From Betaproteobacteria bacterium TMED22 (GTDB lineage Bacteria > Pseudomonadota > Gammaproteobacteria > Burkholderiales > Eutrophovitaceae): a DNA stretch of 64,000 bases. A program made the translations under genes and the position numbers. The notes under the pieces are model-generated. The model had not been told where the DNA came from. It made no database searches and saw only the letters and a program-made list of their open reading frames with translations. The stretch spans positions 18,202 to 82,201 of the forward strand of contig NHCB01000008.1 of NCBI GenBank assembly GCA_002167745.1, in the 5' to 3' direction. Positions 22,879 through 33,418 of the stretch are shown one piece after another; positions within the stretch are counted from its first letter, which is position 1; every line of letters starts with the position of its first letter.

Positions 22879-25074
22879 ATGTCAGAAATACTGCACGGGC
22901 TAAACCAGCCGCAAATTGACGCTACAACCCACTCCACTTCCTCCATCTTAGTTCTCGCAGGCGCTGGTTCGGGAAAAACAAGAGTACTCACGACTCGAAT
23001 CGCTTGGCTCATTCAAACTGGGCAAATTAATCCCTTTGAATTGATGGCGGTTACTTTTACGAACAAGGCCGCGAAGGAAATGCTACTCCGCATTACGTCA
23101 ATGTTGCCGATAAACGCTCGCGGTATGTGGGTAGGCACTTTTCACGGACTTTGTAATCGACTCCTGAGAACACATTACCGAGAAGCGGGTCTGCCTCAAA
23201 CGTTTCAAATACTGGATTCAGCCGATCAGCTATCGCTCGTTAAACGTGTCATGAAAAGTTTATCCATTGATGAGGTCCGCTACCCATTTAGGCAAGCACA
23301 GTACTTCATCAACTCGAATAAAGAAGAGGGCTTGCGTGCGAACAAAGTAGAGTCCATTGATGAATTTGGTCGAACTCTAACCGAAGTTTATCGAGAATAT
23401 GATCGCGCTTGCGCCAACGAAGGTGTTGTAGATTTTTCGGAACTACTACTCCGCTCGTACGAGTTGTTGTTACAAAACGAACGGCTTCTAAAGCATTATC
23501 AAAATCGCTTTAAACATATCCTTGTAGACGAATTTCAAGATACCAACAAACTCCAATATGCATGGCTTAAACTCTTGGCTGACCAAGGCGCTTGTGTGAT
23601 GGCAGTGGGAGACGATGACCAATCTATATACGCTTTTCGGGGAGCAAACACTGGAAATATGTTGAGCTTTGAAGCGGACTTTGCCATCGAGAAAGTAGTC
23701 AAGCTTGAACAAAATTACCGTTCTCTTGGGAATATACTAGACGGAGCCAACGCACTCATTAAGAATAACGACGGGCGACTTGGGAAAAATCTATGGACAG
23801 ACCAAGGGGAGGGAGAGCCTATCCGGGTATTCCGAGCCACGACAGATGGCGAAGAAGCCTCATTTATCATTGAAGAGATTCAAGCGCTCAAAAACTCTGG
23901 TATTCAACTAAAGAGTATCGCACTCCTGTATCGTTCCAACGCTCAATCGCGGATACTAGAACACGGTTTATTCAGCTCGGGACTTCCCTACAAAGTTTAT
24001 GGCGGGCTAAGATTCTTTGAACGACAAGAAGTCAAGCATGCGCTCGCTTACCTAAGGTTAATTGCCAATTCCGACGACGATGGCGCATTGCTAAGAATCA
24101 TCAATTTTCCGACACGCGGCATTGGAAATCGCACGATTGAAAATATTCGTGACCTGGCTGAACGCACTGGCATCTCCCTGTGGCAGGCCGCATGCTCGGC
24201 ACCACTATCTGGTCGCGCGGTTACTGCGGTAACAAGTTTTGTCACGTTAATTGAAAAACTAAAAAATGAAACCTCAGGATTCTCGCTCCCGGATTTGATT
24301 GAGCACTCAATAGAAAATAGTGGTCTGGTTGAGCATTATCAAAAAGACCGTGATGGTCAAGATCGACTAGAAAATCTTAATGAACTTATTAATGCAGCCT
24401 CGGCTTTTATTGATGAAAGGGCAAGCGCGCCCAACCTAGAGGCTCAGGTTGAAGTGAGCGCAGATGAAGATTTTAGCTTGATCGAAATTGATCCGCTAAT
24501 TGACTTTCTTGCTCATGCTTCACTCGAAGCGGGAGACAATCAAGCGAGTTTTGGCGAAGACGCCCTACAGCTAATGACCGTTCATGCGGCGAAGGGTCTA
24601 GAATTTCATAGTGTCTTTATAAGCGGCTTAGAAGAAGGGCTGTTCCCCCACGAAAACAGCATTAACGAACATGGTGGTTTAGAGGAGGAACGACGGCTCA
24701 TGTATGTGGCGATGACTCGCGCGATGCGGCGTCTGTACCTATCGCACTCACAAATGCGAATGCTTCATGGACAAACACGTTACAACATTGAATCGCGATT
24801 CATTGATGAAATACCGGGGGAATTATTAAAAAAAATTAATGACGCTAAACCTACGGCAACATCAGCCCCTCAACGCGCTCACGCACCGGTAACCGCCAGC
24901 CAAAAAGCTCCGGGGGGATTCCGCATCGGCCAACAAGTACAGCATACTAAATTTGGTTTAGGCGTTATTATTCAAATCGAAGGACAAGGGCCCGATGCGC
25001 GGCTCCAGGTAAATTTTAGAGACAGCGGATTGAAATGGCTCGCCCTCGAGTATGCGAAGCTAACGCGCGCATAA
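22879..25074 (+). CDS. uvrD: DNA helicase II (UvrD)
   Basis: 731 aa SF1 helicase with motifs LVLAGAGSGKTRVLTTRIAWL, AVTFTNKAAKEM, VDEFQDTN. Confidence 0.9.
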   Translation: MSEILHGLNQPQIDATTHSTSSILVLAGAGSGKTRVLTTRIAWLIQTGQINPFELMAVTFTNKAAKEMLLRITSMLPINARGMWVGTFHGLCNRLLRTHYREAGLPQTFQILDSADQLSLVKRVMKSLSIDEVRYPFRQAQYFINSNKEEGLRANKVESIDEFGRTLTEVYREYDRACANEGVVDFSELLLRSYELLLQNERLLKHYQNRFKHILVDEFQDTNKLQYAWLKLLADQGACVMAVGDDDQSIYAFRGANTGNMLSFEADFAIEKVVKLEQNYRSLGNILDGANALIKNNDGRLGKNLWTDQGEGEPIRVFRATTDGEEASFIIEEIQALKNSGIQLKSIALLYRSNAQSRILEHGLFSSGLPYKVYGGLRFFERQEVKHALAYLRLIANSDDDGALLRIINFPTRGIGNRTIENIRDLAERTGISLWQAACSAPLSGRAVTAVTSFVTLIEKLKNETSGFSLPDLIEHSIENSGLVEHYQKDRDGQDRLENLNELINAASAFIDERASAPNLEAQVEVSADEDFSLIEIDPLIDFLAHASLEAGDNQASFGEDALQLMTVHAAKGLEFHSVFISGLEEGLFPHENSINEHGGLEEERRLMYVAMTRAMRRLYLSHSQMRMLHGQTRYNIESRFIDEIPGELLKKINDAKPTATSAPQRAHAPVTASQKAPGGFRIGQQVQHTKFGLGVIIQIEGQGPDARLQVNFRDSGLKWLALEYAKLTRA

Positions 25075-25086
25075 AGAGTAATCGTT

Positions 25087-26031
25087 TTATTTAGGAAAGA
25101 TTTGTAAGTTTGCTCTGTGATTCCGCAAAATACACTTGAAAAGATCTGGGTCATGTGCATGCGTCAGCTCACCAGGCCGGGGCAAATGTAAGTCGTAAAG
25201 ACGTGACACCCAGAATCTCAGGGCGCCGGCTCGCAACATTATCGGCCAAACTTTCTTCTCTATTGACGTGAACTGACGGATACTGTTGTACCCGCTCAAT
25301 AAGGCTTGTAATTTATCATTATCCAGAGTGCTGTCAGCACGAATACACCAATCATTAGCAGTTATTGCGACGTCATAGACCCAAGCGTCTATACAAGCAA
25401 AATAGAGGTCAATAAATCCGCCTACCCGAGAGTCATCAAATAAGACATTGTCTCTGAATAGATCTGCATGAATTGGCCCTCTCGGAATTGCATCGCTAAC
25501 AAATTCAGCTTGATAGGCTATTTCTGTCCGGAGTAAATCCGCGTCTACTTCGTCTAAAAATTTGTAGATGTCATCGGCCGCTTCGGTCCACCAAGCTGTT
25601 CCTCTCAAATTTTCTAAATATCCTTCAAAAGACTGACCCGCCAAGTGCATGTGTGCGAGTTGTTCCCCAACCAAAAACAACTGATCCCTAGTGGGCGTTG
25701 TAGACGGCGATCCCGGAATACAACTAACAATCGCGGCAGGCTTGCCGTTAAGCTGTCCTAAAAACTGATTATCTAACTTTTTAATGGGCGTAGGCACTGG
25801 GACTCCGTGGCTACTTAAGTGTGCCATTAAATTTAAATAAAAAGGCAGCTCAGTCGCAGTTAACTTTTCAAATAAAGTAAGTACGTAAATACCGTGGTCT
25901 GTGTCTAAATAAAAATTCGTATTTTCTATACCCGATTGGATACCGCGCAAGTTAACGACTTTGCCAACCGAGTAGCACTGCTTCACCCATTGTGAGGCTT
26001 CGTCTAAACTTACTTTTGTAAAAACTGACAT
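25087..26031 (-). CDS. thrB: Homoserine kinase (APH-fold, Pseudomonas-type ThrB)
   Basis: 314 aa; GIENTNFYL...YVLTLFE N-terminus and HADLFRDNVLF catalytic loop. thrB-polA neighbourhood as in pseudomonads. Confidence 0.85.
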   Translation of the reverse strand: MSVFTKVSLDEASQWVKQCYSVGKVVNLRGIQSGIENTNFYLDTDHGIYVLTLFEKLTATELPFYLNLMAHLSSHGVPVPTPIKKLDNQFLGQLNGKPAAIVSCIPGSPSTTPTRDQLFLVGEQLAHMHLAGQSFEGYLENLRGTAWWTEAADDIYKFLDEVDADLLRTEIAYQAEFVSDAIPRGPIHADLFRDNVLFDDSRVGGFIDLYFACIDAWVYDVAITANDWCIRADSTLDNDKLQALLSGYNSIRQFTSIEKKVWPIMLRAGALRFWVSRLYDLHLPRPGELTHAHDPDLFKCILRNHRANLQIFPK

Positions 26032-26158
26032 GATTTAGAACATTACTACGATATCGATGAAATTATTACTAAAGACCGCTATCTTACCGAAATTATCGAG
26101 AGCGCAACTCTGACATAATGTACGCGGGTGTAATTATCCGTACTAACGAAATGATTTC

Positions 26159-28858
26159 ATGAAAAGACTACTATTAATCGACGGCTCCTCCTACTTATAT
26201 CGCGCGTTTCATGCTATGCCCGATTTTCGTAATAAAGCGGACGAGCCGACCGGTGCGATTTATGGCGTCATCAATATGCTTAAACGCGCCCGGTATGACA
26301 TTAAACCGGACTACGTTGCGTGTATCTTCGACGCCAAGGGAAAAACATTTCGTGACGAGATTTATCCTAAATACAAGGCCAATAGGCCAAGGATGCCAGA
26401 GGATTTAAGAGCTCAAATAGAGCCACTACACGAATGTATTGAAGCTTTAGGTGTCCCCCTTTTAGTCATCCCCGATGTGGAAGCAGATGACGTGATTGCA
26501 ACACTGACTAAAAAAGGGCTTGAGGAAAAACTGGAAATCGTGATTTCAACCGGCGACAAAGATATTGCCCAACTGATTAAGGCAAACGTCACAATTATTA
26601 ATACTATGACTGGCGAAAACCTTGATACTGAAGGAGTCAAAGCAAAGTTTGGCGTCTATCCAGGCCGAATGGTCGATTATCAAAGTCTAGTCGGTGACTC
26701 GGTCGATAATGTTCCCGGGGTCGACAAAGTAGGTCCTAAGACCGCGGTTAAATGGCTTAACGAATATGGTGATCTTGATTCGATCATCGCAAATGCAGAC
26801 CAGATTAAAGGCAAAGTTGGAGAAAACTTAAGGCTGGCCGTTGAGTGGCTCCCAACGACGCGAGAGCTTGTGACTTTAAAGGAAAACGTTGCAATCAACG
26901 TCCGTATGGAAAATTTAAAATATAGACCGGAGGACAAAAAAACTGTCGCACGTCTATTTGAAAAGCTAAATTTTAGAACCTGGCTTGATGAGCTACATAA
27001 GGAGAAAACAGAGGATATTGAAAGCAAAGCCGCCACTACCGAACAAAACGTCCCGCAGGATTACCAACTTATTACCTCACTAGAAAAGTTAGAGGATTGG
27101 ATTAAAAAAATAAGTATCGCCAAGCTCACCGCAATAGATACGGAAACAACAGGCCTCGACTCGATGCAAGCCAAGTTAGTAGGTATTTCGCTTGCAACAA
27201 AAGCGGGCCAGGCAGGCTACATTCCGGTCGGACACGATTATGCTGATTGCCCAGAGCAGCTCGACGTCAATTTAGTCTTGGAAAAACTCAAACCGTGGCT
27301 GGAAGACCAAAATCAACAAAAAGTAGGACAAAACTTAAAGTTCGACCTACATATCTTTAATAATCATGGTATCCGGATGCGCGGGATCGCACACGACACG
27401 CTCCTACAATCCTATGTGTTAGAGAGCCATCGTAAACATGATATGGACAGTCTCGCACAAAGGCATCTCGGACTTAAAACGACAAGTTATGACGAAATAA
27501 CAGGTAAGGGAATTAACAGGATATCTTTCTCCAAAGTCGACTTAAATGTCGCTAGAGACTATGCAGCTGAAGACGCCGATATTACCTTGAGACTTCATGG
27601 GTACATGTGGCCATTGTTAGAGCGGGAACCAAAGCTAACATACATTTACCGCGATATTGAGCTTCCCGCAATGGAGATTCTTTTCGAAATAGAGCGTTTT
27701 GGGGTTCTGGTCGACGCAGCGTCACTTGATGAACAAACGATAGATTTAAGCGAGAGAATACAAGTTATTGAAAAAGAGGCTTTTGAAGAGGCGGGCTCAA
27801 ATTTCAATCTAAGCTCCCCCAAACAATTGCAAGAAATTTTATTTAACCAAAAACAATTACCAATACTGAAGAAAACACCTGGCGGTAAACCATCAACGAA
27901 TGAAGAGGTGCTTCAGCAACTTGCGCTGGATCACCCCTTACCAGCATTAATCTTAAATCACCGAACGTTATCCAAACTCAAAACGACTTATACCGAAAAA
28001 CTTCCTCGTATGCTTAATGAGTATACTGGTCGAATCCATACTAATTATGCGCAAGCAGTTGCCAACACTGGTCGGCTTGCAAGTAACGAGCCGAATTTGC
28101 AGAATATTCCTATTCGAACTGAGGAAGGACGGCGCGTAAGAGAGGCGTTTATCGCGCCTGCAGGGTCAGTCATTGTGTCCGCGGACTATTCGCAAATTGA
28201 GTTGCGGATCATGGCACACCTGTCTGAAGATGAAAGCTTAATCAAAGCGTTTAAAAATGGGGAAGACGTCCACCGACAAACGGCGAGTGAGATATTCAAT
28301 GTAACGCCTATTGAAGTATCTACCGAACAGAGACGTTACGCAAAAGTAATTAACTTTGGTTTAATTTATGGTATGTCCGCGTTCGGCCTTGCCAAGCAAC
28401 TTGGCGTTGAACGCTCTGCTGCGCAGCAGTATATCGACAGGTACTTTTCTCGCTATCCGGGTGTCGCTAATTATATGGATCGTTCTAAAAGCCAAGCAAA
28501 AGAGCTTGGTTACGTGGAAACCGTATTCGGTCGACGTTTAACGCTACCAGAGATTCATGCATCTAACCACCAAATGCGACAAGCAGCCGAGCGCGCGGCT
28601 ATCAATGCACCTATGCAAGGTACGGCGGCCGATTTAATCAAAATTGCTATGATTTCTGTTAATCATTGGCTTCGTGATGAAAGATTAAAAACTAATATCA
28701 TCATGCAAGTCCATGATGAGCTGATCTTAGAAGTACCTAAGGAAGAATTAGAGTTAATACTCAGGGACGTACCTCAGCGCATGGCATCAATCGCGCAACT
28801 GAGTGTGCCATTGGTAGCCGATATAGGATCTGGTAAAAACTGGGAACAAGCGCACTAA
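26159..28858 (+). CDS. polA: DNA polymerase I
   Basis: 899 aa with 5' nuclease, 3'-5' exonuclease (DTETTGL) and polymerase domains (DYSQIELR, QVHDELI). Confidence 0.95.
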   Translation: MKRLLLIDGSSYLYRAFHAMPDFRNKADEPTGAIYGVINMLKRARYDIKPDYVACIFDAKGKTFRDEIYPKYKANRPRMPEDLRAQIEPLHECIEALGVPLLVIPDVEADDVIATLTKKGLEEKLEIVISTGDKDIAQLIKANVTIINTMTGENLDTEGVKAKFGVYPGRMVDYQSLVGDSVDNVPGVDKVGPKTAVKWLNEYGDLDSIIANADQIKGKVGENLRLAVEWLPTTRELVTLKENVAINVRMENLKYRPEDKKTVARLFEKLNFRTWLDELHKEKTEDIESKAATTEQNVPQDYQLITSLEKLEDWIKKISIAKLTAIDTETTGLDSMQAKLVGISLATKAGQAGYIPVGHDYADCPEQLDVNLVLEKLKPWLEDQNQQKVGQNLKFDLHIFNNHGIRMRGIAHDTLLQSYVLESHRKHDMDSLAQRHLGLKTTSYDEITGKGINRISFSKVDLNVARDYAAEDADITLRLHGYMWPLLEREPKLTYIYRDIELPAMEILFEIERFGVLVDAASLDEQTIDLSERIQVIEKEAFEEAGSNFNLSSPKQLQEILFNQKQLPILKKTPGGKPSTNEEVLQQLALDHPLPALILNHRTLSKLKTTYTEKLPRMLNEYTGRIHTNYAQAVANTGRLASNEPNLQNIPIRTEEGRRVREAFIAPAGSVIVSADYSQIELRIMAHLSEDESLIKAFKNGEDVHRQTASEIFNVTPIEVSTEQRRYAKVINFGLIYGMSAFGLAKQLGVERSAAQQYIDRYFSRYPGVANYMDRSKSQAKELGYVETVFGRRLTLPEIHASNHQMRQAAERAAINAPMQGTAADLIKIAMISVNHWLRDERLKTNIIMQVHDELILEVPKEELELILRDVPQRMASIAQLSVPLVADIGSGKNWEQAH

Positions 28859-28911
28859 AAAATTTGATCACTTAATAAAATATAAGATTAGGTACCTTCA
28901 AACTTTAGGGG

Positions 28912-29823
28912 ATGGAATTCATGAGCCCATCAGATCTTTGTCTATCGCCGCTTGAGCAAGTTGACCCGTTAAGATTTACAGTATCCTCTGGGGCATGTGA
29001 CTGTCACGCGCATATCTTTGGTCCAAAAAAGATGTTTCCTTTCATCGCTGATCGATCGTATACCCCGCCAGAAGCTTCGATAGAGGCCTATAAAAACATG
29101 CACCGTAAATTAGGGATTACGCGTGCTGTAATCGTACAGCCTTCGGTTTATGGTACTGATAATCAGGTCACACTTACTGCCATCAAACAATATGGCAATG
29201 AAAATGCTCGAGGTATCGCTGTAGTAGATAACGACGTTTCTGAGTTAGAACTCGAAAGGCTACACGAGAAGGGCATCAGAGGAGTACGCTTCAATCTCTT
29301 GTTTAAAGGGGGGGCTCAGTTCAAATATCTAGAACGAATCTCATCCAAAATCGCCCCTTTTAACTGGCACGTTCAAATACTTATGGACGTCTCGGAACTC
29401 CAATTAATTACCGACAGACTGCGACGACTGCCCACCGAGATCGTTTTCGATCATATGGGGCATATCTCTACGAATCACGGGACTAATAACCTTGGTTTTC
29501 AAGCTTTAATCAACTTAATTAAAGAGGGGCGAGCCTGGGTTAAACTATCAGGTAATTATCGTATATCATCGGCGAAACCATCTTACAAAGACGCAGAAGC
29601 CTTTGCCCGTGCGCTCATCTCGGCATCACAAAAACGAGTGGTCTGGGGATCTGATTGGCCGCATCCAGGCTTGCATGACACCATGCCTAACGACGGTGCA
29701 TTGCTAAATGCACTCGATGAGTATGCTGCATCAGATCAACTAAAACACGCTATATTAGTTAATAATCCAGCAGAGCTCTATGGCTTTAATACGTCGCCCA
29801 AAGGAAGCGAATATGACAAATGA
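28912..29823 (+). CDS. Amidohydrolase-2 family metal-dependent hydrolase (LigI / lactone-hydrolase-like)
   Basis: 303 aa with DCHAHIF N-terminal metal motif, VQPSVYGTDN, DHMGH and C-terminal GSDWPHP; this is the PF04909-type pattern. Confidence 0.7.
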   Translation: MEFMSPSDLCLSPLEQVDPLRFTVSSGACDCHAHIFGPKKMFPFIADRSYTPPEASIEAYKNMHRKLGITRAVIVQPSVYGTDNQVTLTAIKQYGNENARGIAVVDNDVSELELERLHEKGIRGVRFNLLFKGGAQFKYLERISSKIAPFNWHVQILMDVSELQLITDRLRRLPTEIVFDHMGHISTNHGTNNLGFQALINLIKEGRAWVKLSGNYRISSAKPSYKDAEAFARALISASQKRVVWGSDWPHPGLHDTMPNDGALLNALDEYAASDQLKHAILVNNPAELYGFNTSPKGSEYDK

Positions 29824-30598
29824 AAATAAGCGCACTTTTCTCATGGGCTCCTATCGGATCGATATCATCGTTCATGGTTTTCCGGGGAAAAGTGTCTGTC
29901 ATGGGCCCCTTGGTTTTAGCACTATCGCGCTCATCCGACATAACAACTTCACCGCGCTCGTCGACGTGGGTGGATTTGGTCAACGACTGATACTGAATCA
30001 ACGATTAAACGAGCTAGGAGTGAGCCCCGATGAAGTCACGGATGTTCTGTTAACCCATTCTCACTTTGACCATGCTATCAATTGGGTAAACTTCCCAAAT
30101 GCAAATATCTATATATCTAGAGATGAGATGCAGTGGGCGCTAGAACAGCCCACGGGGAAAACATACGTCCCAGAACTATATATAGCGGCGCTTCAGGACC
30201 ACCAAAAGCTAGTCCTCATAGAAAACAATGAGGAAATATTGTCCGGCATCAAATCTTTAATTTGTCCAGGACACACTCCGGGGAGCACAGTGTACGTTCT
30301 GGACACAGGTGATTGCGATATCGTTTTCACAGGTGATGCATGTAAAAATCGAGCCGAATTGGTTTCTAGGGCAGCCGATATGACATATGACGCACATTTA
30401 ACGAAAAAATCGATTGCCGATATATGGGGTAAGTGGTCTCGTCGCAACGGCGGTATATTAATACCCGGTCACGACTTACCTATGGTTCTCAACAATGATT
30501 CCATTGAGTACATCGGCAAACATGAAGCCACCATCAAAGCCTGGTTTGATGGCGCACTAAATCAAACAACACTTATATCTTTATCTCCGAGGAATTAA
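29813..30598 (+). CDS. Metallo-beta-lactamase-fold hydrolase
   Basis: Start taken at the ATG at 29813 (GGAAG RBS 6 nt upstream; overlaps the upstream stop by 11 nt). HxHxDH motif THSHFDH, later GHTPGS. Confidence 0.7.
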   Translation: MTNENKRTFLMGSYRIDIIVHGFPGKSVCHGPLGFSTIALIRHNNFTALVDVGGFGQRLILNQRLNELGVSPDEVTDVLLTHSHFDHAINWVNFPNANIYISRDEMQWALEQPTGKTYVPELYIAALQDHQKLVLIENNEEILSGIKSLICPGHTPGSTVYVLDTGDCDIVFTGDACKNRAELVSRAADMTYDAHLTKKSIADIWGKWSRRNGGILIPGHDLPMVLNNDSIEYIGKHEATIKAWFDGALNQTTLISLSPRN

Positions 30599-31524
30599 GC
30601 GGGAACTTCCCCCTTAACCGTCGTTCGATATAATGCGCGGCGATATCCATCGTAATCATTGAAGGCATGGTGGCAACAACCTCGATTGTCCCAAAGCACG
30701 AAAGTACCTGGTTCCCACTTCAATCGACACGTAAAAGCTGGCTGGGATACATGCTCTTTGAGAAAATTTAAAAGTCCTGCCGACTCAGCTGCAGTTAGGC
30801 CCTCAATACCATGCGTATAAGTTTCATCAACATATAAAGCACGCTCTCCGGACTTAGGATGAGTTCGAACTAACGGATGCATACTACCGTCTATCATAGC
30901 CTGGGTTCTCATATCAAGTTCCATGTCGCCGAATCCTTTTGTCCGGCCCCCATCGACATCTTTTTTACGTTTATCATCAGCCTCTTTTTTAAGTTGGTTG
31001 ACAACACTTTTAGCAGAAAAATGAATTTTTAATGGCTCTATAATGGCCTTCATAGTGTCACTCAAACAGTTATACGCTAACACTGAATTTGCCCAGATGG
31101 TATCACCTCCATATGGCGGAACCTCTACACCATAGAGCATGCTCACCGAGGGCGGCTGCTTCATGAAAGGAGAATCAACATGCCATCCATTCCCAAATAC
31201 CATCTCCGCTCGTGTGTCTGCCTCCATAATGACCGGATGAACATCACGATGCCCATCTACGCCTGTGGTATATGCGTCGTCCGCAAATTCACCAAAACGT
31301 AATGAAAAGGACTCTTGATCTGCGTGAGAGAAATCCTGATCTCTAAAGTAGATCATCTTATGTCGGTAGAGCGCATCTTCAACCTCCAGGAATTGCGCAT
31401 CCGTAATAGTGCTGATATCAATACCTCTTATTTCAGCACCCATCGCTGCAGCTAGGGGCAGCGCTTGGATATGTTGATAATTTTTTGCGGTGTTATCGAA
31501 TTTTCTAGTGGGGTGAACCTTCAT
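30595..31524 (-). CDS. TauD/TfdA-family Fe(II)/2-oxoglutarate dioxygenase
   Basis: 309 aa with WHVDSPF (HxD facial triad), a distal His (CCHHAF) and an RxLYRTT tail typical of taurine-dioxygenase-like enzymes. Confidence 0.8.
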   Translation of the reverse strand: MKVHPTRKFDNTAKNYQHIQALPLAAAMGAEIRGIDISTITDAQFLEVEDALYRHKMIYFRDQDFSHADQESFSLRFGEFADDAYTTGVDGHRDVHPVIMEADTRAEMVFGNGWHVDSPFMKQPPSVSMLYGVEVPPYGGDTIWANSVLAYNCLSDTMKAIIEPLKIHFSAKSVVNQLKKEADDKRKKDVDGGRTKGFGDMELDMRTQAMIDGSMHPLVRTHPKSGERALYVDETYTHGIEGLTAAESAGLLNFLKEHVSQPAFTCRLKWEPGTFVLWDNRGCCHHAFNDYDGYRRALYRTTVKGEVPA

Positions 31525-31587
31525 CGTTCTAACTCCTATTAGCGCCTAAACTAAAACTTAATCATATTAATAATTACAACCTTCGTT

Positions 31588-33333
31588 CTATTCTTTGTTA
31601 CTACTCGCGTAAACAGCGTAGAGCTTTTCATATCGGCCCTTACGTTTAATTAATTCGTCATGAGAGCCAACCTCAACCACGCGACCTGAATCCATAACCA
31701 CAATCCGATCCGCTTTTTCGATCGTTGAGAACCGATGCGCAATAATAATGGTGGTTCGTCCTTTCCTGACGCGCTCAAAAGCTTCTTTTACTAACTTCTC
31801 CGATGTCGCGTCAAGGGCTGATGTCGCTTCATCCATAATCACAATCGGCGCGTCTTTAAATAGGGTCCGAGCAATCGCTAATCGCTGACGTTGACCACCA
31901 GATAACTTCATACCTTTCTCACCCACCAAAGACTCATAACCCTCAGGTAGTTGATTTATAAATTCTGTCGCGAACGCCCCCTCCGCAGCACTAACCACTT
32001 TTCGTTCGTCATGATCGTCCGAACCATAAATTATATTGGCTATAACTGAATCATTAAAAAGCGCTACCTCCTGACTCACTAATGCTATTTTTGAACGTAA
32101 GCTCTTCAACATTATCGTCGAAATTTCCTGATCATCAATTAATACACGACCTTTTGATGGCGTAAAAAATCTCGGTAACATGTTGGCTAACGTCGTCTTA
32201 CCACTACCTGAACTGCCTACAATGGCAACGCTCTCGCCGGGTTGAATCGTTAAATCTATATCCTCGAGCGCATAGACATCTGTACCCGGATATTTAAAAG
32301 ACACCCCATCAAACGTAATTTCACCGCGAATCGCACTTAATTCGACAGTCCCGCCATCTATCTCTGGTTCTTGATCAATAAGCCCGAAAACACTCTCACA
32401 GGCAGCTAACCCTCTTTGTAAATGCTCCATAATGCTCGTGAGTCGTTTTATCGGTGACGTTAACATTAATAGTGCCGCAAGATAGGAAACAAAACCTCCC
32501 ACCGTCGTCTCATCAGCACGTACCTGGCCCATCACATGATATATAACAATGGCCGTCGCCAAAGCGGCTATCAACTGTACGATCGGGACATTTGCCGCGA
32601 CCGCCATAGTCTGCTTCATAAGTAATCTTCTTAGGTTATTACTCGCCTCAAAAAATCGTTTACGTTCTGCTCGTTGGCCACTAAAAATTTTGACAACTTT
32701 ATTACAATCAATCGACTCTTGTACAACTTCAGTAACTGTTCCTACCGAGTCCTGTGTTTCTCGACTTGCCCATCGCAATCGACCATTAAAATATCGAACA
32801 ACGAGCGCTATAGGCGGCAACATAACTAGAGAAATAAGGGTCAACTGCCAATCTAGATAAATCAGGTACGCTAATAGGCCAACAACAGTCAACGTATCTT
32901 TAACAAACACGGTAATGACTTGAGTTGCCGCGTACTGTACTAATGAGACATCAAACGTAAATTTCGATAATTGACTTCCAGAGCTATGATCATGAAAATA
33001 CTTCAAAGGCAGAACGAGAATTTTCTCGAACATCTCCTCACGTAAATCCATAACCATCTTATTTCCAACCCAAGCACTGGCGTACTGGGCAATGAACCCG
33101 CCAAGACCTCGAACTAAAAAAATCAGAATAAGGGCTATGGGCGCCCAGGTCATTAACGACGGATCTTTGTCAATAAATGTTCCGTCTAGAAAGGGCTTAA
33201 TCACGACGGGTAGCGCGACTTCAGTAGCCGCGGTAAGGATTATGCCAAAGATCGAAATCGAGAACACCAAAGAATAAGGCCGCAGGTAACCCAACAAGCG
33301 AAGATAAAGCTGAGCGCTCTTTTCTGTTTTCAT
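31588..33333 (-). CDS. msbA: MsbA-type ABC exporter-fold permease/ATPase (lipid A flippase-like)
   Basis: Colinear with E. coli MsbA along the whole length (e.g. LQRGLAACESVFGLID vs FQRGMAACQTLFTILD). Walker A GSSGSGKTT, LSGGQRQR. Start set at the ATG at 33333; the ORF extends to a TTG at 33360. Confidence 0.8.
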   Translation of the reverse strand: MKTEKSAQLYLRLLGYLRPYSLVFSISIFGIILTAATEVALPVVIKPFLDGTFIDKDPSLMTWAPIALILIFLVRGLGGFIAQYASAWVGNKMVMDLREEMFEKILVLPLKYFHDHSSGSQLSKFTFDVSLVQYAATQVITVFVKDTLTVVGLLAYLIYLDWQLTLISLVMLPPIALVVRYFNGRLRWASRETQDSVGTVTEVVQESIDCNKVVKIFSGQRAERKRFFEASNNLRRLLMKQTMAVAANVPIVQLIAALATAIVIYHVMGQVRADETTVGGFVSYLAALLMLTSPIKRLTSIMEHLQRGLAACESVFGLIDQEPEIDGGTVELSAIRGEITFDGVSFKYPGTDVYALEDIDLTIQPGESVAIVGSSGSGKTTLANMLPRFFTPSKGRVLIDDQEISTIMLKSLRSKIALVSQEVALFNDSVIANIIYGSDDHDERKVVSAAEGAFATEFINQLPEGYESLVGEKGMKLSGGQRQRLAIARTLFKDAPIVIMDEATSALDATSEKLVKEAFERVRKGRTTIIIAHRFSTIEKADRIVVMDSGRVVEVGSHDELIKRKGRYEKLYAVYASSNKE

Positions 33334-33418
33334 CGATCGCAATTTAACAGACCCCGACAAAAACGACCAGCGTTGACGGCATCTACTTCAAGATTACTTG
33401 CTTCTTAAAGGCCTAAAA

